This document shows, one piece after another, positions 27,430 through 36,300 of a stretch of 64,000 nucleotides of DNA. The notes under the pieces are model-generated. The model was not told the DNA's origin and ran no database searches. It worked only from the letters and a program-made list of their open reading frames with translations. The DNA is from Selaginella moellendorffii (Eukaryota; Plantae; Lycopodiophyta), in NCBI RefSeq assembly GCF_000143415.4, contig NW_003314310.1, positions 1 through 64,000 on the forward strand. Reading direction: 5' to 3'. How positions within the stretch are numbered: position 1 is the first letter of the stretch; every line of letters begins with the position of its first letter. A program made the translations under genes and the position numbers.

Positions 27430-30400
27430 TTAATGAATCTCACCTTGAACCCGAGTTATGAATGCTCTTGCTGCATCTCTTGCATGGTCTGGCAAGGTGA
27501 TGGTGGCACTCTGCTTCCGCATCCAACCATGCACAACATTATCCACCGATATGCTCATGCTGGGATCCCTTGGATTCAGCACCCATCTCTTTTCTAGGCA
27601 ATCCTTCGTATATCCGGAACTTGGCTTGAACCACTCCACAGTTACATTGAAGGAGTTAGTTTCCGCGTCCTCCTCTGCATCAGTGATGCAGCGCCCCACC
27701 CATATCATTTGTTTTTTATTACTGGGTCTGACAAGCACGACCATTCCTTTGCAGACCTGTACTGGATTGAATGCTGAATCCGGCTTCTTGTTCCTCGGCC
27801 CACAATAGTGATCCTCAACATTGTTATCTGTCACTGCATTTCCAGAGGACATTGTTCCGCTACTATCTGGTGCTCTGGGTTCTGGCCAAAAGGACTCTTC
27901 CAATTCTTCATATACAACCGGCCCATTTTGGATAGCAGATATAATCTTCTCCCAGTATTCGAGCAAAGGCTTGCACCTCTGAAAATAGGATTCTCCACCA
28001 AACACCAACCCCCTCTTCCAGAAGGCAATATGCTGTCTAATCCCGGCCACTATACTTTCCTGGTCTTTGAGTCCATCCGGGTGCATCGGCCGTGGGGAAC
28101 CCTGAGGAATCATAGGTTCCCCAGTTATGGGATCTCTCTTGAAGAGTTCAATGCCGTCCACTGGCAGCCACACTGTGTCCCATTCTCTCATCTTGTACCT
28201 CATCACTGGAGCACCGTCACACATGCTGAAATGAAACTGAAGAGGCTTGGAGTGGCCAATCAGCGTTTCGGATCCATCCCTGATGTAGCCTCTTACAAAC
28301 CCCTTAAAGTCTGGAACCTCTGTCAGAAGTGCAGCTTCAACAGTGCCTTTGATGCAATTTTGGAATTCATCGTAGAGTTGTGGGAGGGTGAGGACATTGG
28401 ATCGCCGGAGGGACTCTGCCAGGTGACTGAACATGGCATCGACGTCTTCATGAGTGTGCCCAACCATGAGAAAGCCAAGTGTAACCGTTTCAAATATGCC
28501 TTTGGCAACAAGCATCGCCAAGTACGCGAAGACGTACATGTTTTTGTTCTCACTGCCAGCATTGTCTGTTTGGAGCAGAAGATGGGGTGGAAGGCCACAT
28601 CGGCCGCAAGAACTTCCTTGAGATTCTGCTTCGTTTGGATGAGGCTGTGCATTCACCGGGCGACCAGCCTCGTCGGAATGGCATGAGGCCTCACGTGATA
28701 ACCCTACAATCTGACGGCCAACATATTCACTGGGATGGCATGGGGCCCCACGCGATACTGCAAGCCTTTGCTCCTCCTCCAGCTGAACCCTGTATGGGGT
28801 TCGATCGACAAGGGCCTTATGCAAGGGTTGGCTGTTCAGCTCAGTCTGCGCACTTTGCAGAGACCTTAAGTGTTTTGCTAGGGACGCAATCATCATGTTT
28901 GCACCCCCGCCACCCCATAGAGGTACAAAGAAGTTCCCATAGTTCTGGGCACCATGCCCATGAGCGATTATGCCAAACAGAGACACAGGCAGCTGCATGG
29001 ATGAAGAGATTGCCTTGGGGGCAGGATTGAGTCGAGGTAAGCACGTCTTTTTCTGGTCCATTTTGTCGTGGATGATGCAGAGGTAAGAGTCAGGTCTCTC
29101 CATGGAGAGAATCCTGTTATGATAATATGCAGTCCTGCAGCTTCTCTGCTCGATGTTGTGGTCGAGCCGCCTTCTAACCAACGTCTCTCGCTCTTGAGCG
29201 CTGCAAGAATTCTTCGACAAAGCCATTTTGATAGCAGTGCACTCGTCACACTTTGAAAAGCTGGAGTACTTTCCTATACTCACATCCCTGAACCTATTGC
29301 TCCACAATCTACTAAATCTAGATTGGCTCAGCTTCCTGTAGCCATTACTCTGGAGTTCCCGATTCACATCTTCCAATATGGCCCCCTTGGTATACATGGA
29401 AGGGAGAACTCGTTGGGTGTCTCGTGTTCCATCTTCCAAGAGGCGGGTTTTATGTGGTTGCTGCTTGCTACATGTCTCGACAAACCTCTTGAAGATTGCC
29501 TCTCCATATACAACATGACCCCTGGTTTTGTGCGTACCGTCGTTCCCATGGACTGCCTGTTGAACCCTTTGTTCCTCGAACTCAGTTTTGATTCTGTAGA
29601 ATGTGGTTCGAGGGACTCCATAAATGATTCTCCATGCCTTCATGCAGACCAAACCCCTCTGGAAGACCATGCCCCCCACCTGATGTTCTGAAGCATCAAC
29701 AGATGACCGTAATGCCTCATACACAAAATTGCGAGCTGCCTTCCAGGACAATGTCTTGTATCTTGCTCTCTCCTCTTCAATAGCATCCCAATCAGCATGT
29801 TGACAGCACCTCCTCTTGCAACAAGCAACTGTCGAGACCATTCGAACCTCCATCGCCATTTTCTGCCTTTTCGGTTCGTTGCTCAGATCCCTTTGGCTGC
29901 GCTTTAGGAAGGTGTACTTTCTTTTCCCATGAAGAGATGTTCTGTCATCAGTTGTAGTGGTGTTTGATTGTGAATCCTTCACATTCTCAAACACTAAGTG
30001 CCTCAATTTCCACCACACAATGCTTCCAATAGTCAGACTGTTTTCTTCTGTGTCAACAACCTCTAAAATCGCAACTCCAATATCATCCCAGCCCAATTCT
30101 TGATTAGCAACCGCATCTCTTGGATCGACAACTGTGGCTAAGCCCTCAGCTACCACCTCCCCCTCGGGGTTGTTTAGAAACACTTTTGCCTGAATCCATG
30201 TAGCACGGTTCTTAAGATCCACGGAGGGAACATGCGTCGCACTTGCGCTGTCCCCAACATTTGCTTTCTTCTGAAGATTTTTCAAGGCAACAACAACATT
30301 TACCCCGACGACCATCTCTCCTCGTTCAATAGCGACCACATTCCCATCGAAGACAGTCTCTACTGATACAGCAGCATTGCCTTCCCCAAGCCTTTCACAG

Positions 30401-30498
30401 TGTATAACAAAGTTCCGATCCATAGACACAAGGGTCCCTTTTGCAACTCTCTTCCCACCATTCAAAATGTAAACCTTTTCCCCAACCCTGAAGGCCAT
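27430..30498 (-). CDS. Sola-like DDD transposase, 1022 aa, intact ORF
   Basis: Catalytic-type motifs IIHDKMDQ, LQTDNAGSENKN and FLMVGHTHEDVDAMF; cysteine motifs CCKRRC and KCDEC; two N-terminal TNP1/En-Spm-like beta repeats (VAKG/VAEG..LG..V); a splice acceptor TTTCAG just before the ATG implies a 5'-UTR intron. Confidence 0.88.
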   Translation of the reverse strand: MAFRVGEKVYILNGGKRVAKGTLVSMDRNFVIHCERLGEGNAAVSVETVFDGNVVAIERGEMVVGVNVVVALKNLQKKANVGDSASATHVPSVDLKNRATWIQAKVFLNNPEGEVVAEGLATVVDPRDAVANQELGWDDIGVAILEVVDTEENSLTIGSIVWWKLRHLVFENVKDSQSNTTTTDDRTSLHGKRKYTFLKRSQRDLSNEPKRQKMAMEVRMVSTVACCKRRCCQHADWDAIEEERARYKTLSWKAARNFVYEALRSSVDASEHQVGGMVFQRGLVCMKAWRIIYGVPRTTFYRIKTEFEEQRVQQAVHGNDGTHKTRGHVVYGEAIFKRFVETCSKQQPHKTRLLEDGTRDTQRVLPSMYTKGAILEDVNRELQSNGYRKLSQSRFSRLWSNRFRDVSIGKYSSFSKCDECTAIKMALSKNSCSAQERETLVRRRLDHNIEQRSCRTAYYHNRILSMERPDSYLCIIHDKMDQKKTCLPRLNPAPKAISSSMQLPVSLFGIIAHGHGAQNYGNFFVPLWGGGGANMMIASLAKHLRSLQSAQTELNSQPLHKALVDRTPYRVQLEEEQRLAVSRGAPCHPSEYVGRQIVGLSREASCHSDEAGRPVNAQPHPNEAESQGSSCGRCGLPPHLLLQTDNAGSENKNMYVFAYLAMLVAKGIFETVTLGFLMVGHTHEDVDAMFSHLAESLRRSNVLTLPQLYDEFQNCIKGTVEAALLTEVPDFKGFVRGYIRDGSETLIGHSKPLQFHFSMCDGAPVMRYKMREWDTVWLPVDGIELFKRDPITGEPMIPQGSPRPMHPDGLKDQESIVAGIRQHIAFWKRGLVFGGESYFQRCKPLLEYWEKIISAIQNGPVVYEELEESFWPEPRAPDSSGTMSSGNAVTDNNVEDHYCGPRNKKPDSAFNPVQVCKGMVVLVRPSNKKQMIWVGRCITDAEEDAETNSFNVTVEWFKPSSGYTKDCLEKRWVLNPRDPSMSISVDNVVHGWMRKQSATITLPDHARDAARAFITRVQGEIH

Positions 30499-31768
30499 TC
30501 TGAAAGTGCAGAAAAGAAGTTAAGACCATACAAAAAATGATTGGAGAATGGCCTAAATCATAACATACCAAACAACCTCAATAGCATGAGGCCACATGCC
30601 ATTATTCAAACATGCTATTGACACCCACGTGAAATTTCGCATTCACAAAATTGGCATGAGGCCTCATGCCATCTTGATATACACACAGCTGCAGGCAAGT
30701 AAAAACATACATGACAATACGCTAGCCATGAAATTGCAAGGGCCCAAGATGGCATGTGGCCTCATGCCATTTCTAAATGTGGTCCTAAGCCATTCCATGG
30801 TGAACATACCAGGAAGCACAAGTGCCGAATATCAAGAGGAAGCGGTAGCCACACCAAAGACAGTGCCGCTCGCAACACCGCAACTCGCATAAACTGCTGC
30901 TCGCAATGGCGCTCGCAATGCCGCAACCGCTCGTAGACGCATAAACCACAGCCCACAACGCCGCTTACACAAGCAGCGCTCACTGCGCTCAGCGGAACCA
31001 AGAACACGGCGCACAAAAATGATAGACCTAGGAATGAGTTCGATAATTCAAAAATAACACACGCTTGAACGTCACATCAAATCCTCTGACAAACCAGATC
31101 TTATGATTCCTCTGACAAATTTCAAACTGAGTAGCTTCTAGACTTTGCTGTCGGAGGTTGAACTTTGTCACATCATGTCCTTGCCTCGATCCAGCTGTGC
31201 CATGTCAGTGATTCGAACTTTGCCATGCCATGTCAGCGATCCGCGCCAAGATTATTCGCCGTGTAAAGGAATAATTACGCTGTGTGTGTACGTCCATTTA
31301 TGGCAATATAAGGCCACACGCCATTCAAAGAATAATGCTTGACATAAGGCCACACGCCATTCAAAGAATAATGTTAGTTGAGCATGTTTTGGTGCATTTT
31401 TGGGTTCAAAATTGCATGAGCCCACACGCTATAAAGTTTACCTGTACCAAAAATAGAAACAGCTTTATTTACTTGGGAATTTAAGTGGTTGAGGCATTTT
31501 TAAACTTACAAACACATGCCCTACTTACATTCCTTTGGTTGCCTAAAATTCAAAAATATTATAAACCTTTCTTTTTGCATTTTCAATGTTTTCAATTATG
31601 GTTTTTGATTTTCGTAGGACCAGCCTAGTAATCTATTTGCATCCCATCATGTTTATAGCTAGCTTTCGTTCGTCCCCTTCGCTAGCCTGAGATACATCTG
31701 CTCGGCATCTGCCTCTTACAGCATTTGCCCAGAAAGGGCATCTTTCTTCACGCAGCATTTGCCACATG

Positions 31769-31801
31769 TTTAGGGTTTAGGGTTTAGCGTTTAGGGTTTA
31801 G
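31769..31801 (+). repeat. Short interstitial plant telomere-type repeat (TTTAGGG)n / telo-box
   Basis: TTTAGGGTTTAGGGTTTAGCGTTTAGGGTTTAG. Confidence 0.8.
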
Positions 31802-33384
31802 CAATTCAGTAGCTTGATAAACATGCAAATACAGAACTTGATGCAAAATCCTTTGATATGTCACAATGCCCCTAGGACCATAAACACATTTCAATAGAGA
31901 GGGTCCTTTCATTTCATAACTCCTTACGTAGATCTTGGTGAAACCAGAGTTAGTGAAGTTAGTTTCTTGTGATCCCGCATCTGATTGTGATGTCCCTTTG
32001 CAGTTTCGATGGAAAGGTCAATGCACACCAAACTGTAAAATCTTGGAGCAAAATAACGGTCGGATCTATGGCAAATGCCCCTGAAACATTGTAAGGCTCA
32101 TGTGGTCTCATGTGGTGTCCGATCGAGATGCTTCTTTGCAGGGTCATCAAGAAAGACATTGTATACCATTCTGTAAAATATAGTTGCGATCTAACGGTTG
32201 GATCTCCAGAAAACTCAAAAAAATCTCGCGCGTGTCAGAATATCCTAGGAATATACTCCTATGTGCCCCTGAAAATGGCATGCGGCCCCACGCCATTCAA
32301 GAGATAATGCCAGATGACGCCGAGAATTTTTTGGTGCATTTTTTGGGTTCAAAATTGCATGAGCCCACACGCTATAAAGTTTATCTTTGCCAAATAGAGA
32401 AAAGTTTATCTGTGTCATGTGAGGTAGTTACAGTCCTTTGTGCTCGGCATCTGCCTCTTGCAGCATTTGCACTGAAAGGGAATTTTTCTCCATTCAGCAT
32501 TTGGCCCTGAAAATGGCATGCGCCCACACGCCATTCAAGGAATAACGCCACAGGACCCCTGGATTTTTGGGTTTAAAATGTTTAGGGTTTTTTGGGTTTT
32601 TTCAAAATATTTTGGGTCCAACGTTTTTTGGGTTTCTTTGGTTCAAAATTGCATGAGCCCACACGCTATAATATTGATTTGAGAGAAAAATAGAAACAGA
32701 TAGAATTTCTTTATTTAGCTGAACATCTGCCATTTTTGGAAATACAAGATGCTTTGGAATATCCAATCATGCATGGTATAAATATAGCGAGGGTATTAAA
32801 TGATATCCCAATCATGATCTTTCTTTTGGATTTCGCGTGCATGCAGTCCGAGGAATGATGACGTTGCGGATTTCTTTTGGATTTTGCGTGCTTGCATGCG
32901 CGCGGCAATCCAGAAATTAATGGTGGCGCCCAAGTCCGAGGAATGATGACGTGGCGGGATTACCAACCGTTGTGAAATTTCGCGCGTGTGAGGTTAGGTT
33001 TTGCATTTTGCTTTGTACTCGCGCTCGCGCTCGCATCACACTCGCGCTCCCGCTCGCATCGCGCTCCCACTCGCGATCACGCTCACTTCTCTACAGGTTT
33101 CTCGTGTGCATCGGCGTCCACTCGCGCTTGCATCACACTCGCGCTCGCATCGCGCTCGTGTGCATCGGCGTCCACTTCAAGACACACCCAGTTTGTAACT
33201 TCGCCGCCAACTCCGCCGCCCACTCCACCACCCACACGCAGCCCACTTGGCGTCCCGGGAGATTTCAGCACCACTCTCCAACTGTAAGTGGCAGAGTAGC
33301 CTTGCTGCTACGATCCGCTGCACACACAGTGCACATTCGCCAGCGAGTCCGGCCTCGATTGTCACGGCCTCCATTCGGCTTCAA

Positions 33385-36300
33385 ATGGTAAGTCTTTTAG
33401 ACCAAGTAGAAAATGGCATGAGGCCACATGCCATTCAGTAGCAACATTGGCATGCACCGATTGGGCTCTCGAGTGCAGTCCGGTTACAGATGGCGTGTAG
33501 CCTCACGCCATCTTAGGATGCAGCCTCAAGACATCTGATGCAGTGGTGAATGGCGTGTGGCCTCACGTTATTTCCAGCTGCTAGCTTTTCATCTGTCAGC
33601 TCTAATTGTTGTGCATTTTTGAACAGGCGAGGAATTGCGTTCTTCTTCCAGCCACTGTCAATGTGGATGCAGAGAAGGGGGAGGAGCTCACCAGTTGGAC
33701 TTTCGGGATGGAAGGCGAGGATCTGATGCTGTACAACACAGATGGTGGGAGAAAAGAATGCATGGGGATCCTCATCCAAGTGACAGACACTCCATGCAGT
33801 TCCATGCAAGAATATGGACTGGCACTTGTGGTATAGACAGCGTCCGCCTTCAAGATCCACCTTGCACATCCTAGCGGCTTCCCGGAGGGGGGCAGCGGCT
33901 ATGAGGAATTCCTAGAGGGAGCTAGGGAGAGGTTGTCCAGGAGGCCCACAATTTCAAAGATGCTGCGGGTCTATGAAGATCACATGGAATCCACGGACCT
34001 CACCTACGGCGATGTTCAAAAACTATATTCCAACATTGAGCCATTGAGAGTGCCTCCAGTTTGCGAAGCGAAGGGGAAGGGGGTCGATCTGGAAACTACC
34101 CCGAAGCAGAAAAGGGTGGTCAAGCTCAAGCCGACGTCCGACTCTGCTGCTCCAAAAAAGAAGCTACTCGGTGATGCCATTGCCTCGGGTTCGAACACTA
34201 CACCCACCAAAAAGAAGAGCCGCAAAGAGCAGAAAGAGCAAGAAGAGGCAGCAAAAATTGTCGCAGATAATAGTACTTGTTACTATTCCAACAAAGTATA
34301 TACAATCGACGTGAGCCGTATCGAGATCCAAAGCAAATACAACCACAGGCTAGTATCTGATGAGTGGGTGGAGAAACTGAAGCAGAAGATGCTGGCAAGT
34401 CCAGTAACACCCGACATCGCAGACGTGATCCCCTACTACCGAACAATGAAGGGCGAGACGAGGTTTCCAGACTTGATCAATAGGAAGGTGTTGGACGATC
34501 AGAACATCCGGTTCTATGCCGTCTCCGGGCAGCATTCTAGCTTGGCGATGCAACAGATAGTTGTGGATATTATGGTGGGCGAGGAGGTGAAGAAAGTCTT
34601 CAAGACAAGAGTTGTCCGCCTGATAAAAGGCAACTCGCCCCTCCGATCTATCATATACATCTCCCACGCGCAGAATGTCAAGCAAGAAACGTGCTACAAA
34701 TCGGGTCTGCACGAGACATTGGCACGAACACGGAAGCTCTGGGTTCAACTGAAGAAGCCACAAAAACCAGGACAAGGACGTGCACTAGCAACTAGCGCCT
34801 GGTAGGTAAGCCTCGTTGCATGTGGCATAGCATGTGGCCTCACGCCATTTCCATTGCAGGAATTCTCGAGTCTTCTCTCGAAAACACTGGGGGTCAATGA
34901 CACACTCAGCATCCATAACATTCTACTCGCGATAAAAGTTGTTTTTGACAAATGGGTAGATGTGCTGAGGAGGTACCATGACGGGGAGTTGCTAAACTCA
35001 ATGGGTGTGGAGGACGGCCGGAAGCCCAATGATTTGAAGCTCAACGGCTTGCGTTTCTCGCGGTCTCTAGACGACGACGACCTTCTGACAGTGGCTAATG
35101 CTCTTCTACGTGGTGAGGTAGTCTTCAACAAGACCAAAATGACTCCCGACCATATTGTGACATACGAGGACTTGTGCACGACTCTGAGAGCTCGTGCGCT
35201 ATTGAAGGATTGGATCTTCGAGCAAGTGGCCGTGGCGAGGGTGAGCATCGACACCACGCAAGAGATGATGGAAGAGCTGGACTTGTCAAATGAAGACATC
35301 GACGAGTACGTGAAGGGGGCCCCCAAGTTCATCGATCTGCTGCGGGATGCCACGAAAAGTAAAGCTGAGAAGTTGGATCAGTATCCAAATTTCATTAAGA
35401 GGGATGTCGACCGCCGGCTTCAGAAACAGCTCGACCCCGCAGCAGAGGCCTATCGAGAACCTTACCGGGTATACGTGAATTCGGATGAGGATCAAAGGTG
35501 GAGGAGCATCGTTTCCCGCGGAGATGAGCAGGTCAAGAACATCTTTTGTGTGATGGACTTCACAAACGAGGAGATCACTCATGCAGACGAAGTCAGCTCC
35601 ATCATTGACTTAATGGTGGGACTTGCGGAGGTGGAATCTTCAGTCCACTATATGATCTACGACTCCGAATCCTATCACAAGTTCTGGAAGGCCTTGAACG
35701 AGGTGAAGGCTCGGTTGAAAGGCAAGGAGATGCGGGAGATCCATGGGATAATGGCTAAGAAGAAGATACCGACGAATGTCCGCATCTTCACAGTTGCCCT
35801 TGTTATTGGTCCTGCAGCAGAGTGGGACTGGAGTGACTTCCCAGCTTCGTTCAACAAAGCCGATCGAATTGATCTGAGGGAGGTCAATTTACCCGTGCCT
35901 GAGGAACTGAAGACGGCTATGGAGCTTTCGAATCCAAAGAAAGCTCCAGGTGCAGCATGGGAAATGCTCAGCTGGGTCTTCAACGCAATAGCGGGTGACT
36001 CCAAGGGCAAATGCGTTGTCGAGTACAACTGCGGCGGACTATTCTTTCGAGCCGCACTACTCAAGGGTGTCCCGTGTGTTGCGGTGACAAACTCCATTGA
36101 AGAGGTGACTTCAATGGAGCATATAATTACAGTTGCCAAAGAAAAACAGTATCTTCTCTACGAACCTGGTGAGTACGCACTTTAAGTTTAAATGTTATCT
36201 CACAAGCTCTGTATGCAGGAGCGTGGCCACCCCCAGATGCTGAAACGGCGTTAACAGCTACTGATGTTAGGCCGAGGTCACAACCTGCACAAGGTAAGGT

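Noticed and set aside
27458-29828. Overlapping and antisense ORFs up to 292 aa within the transposase, and similar ones over 34016-38356
   Set aside because: Shadow frames of genuine coding sequence with no independent motifs
31769-31801. True telomere or chromosome fusion site
   Set aside because: Only 4-5 units, located inside a transposon intergenic region; typical telo-box scale
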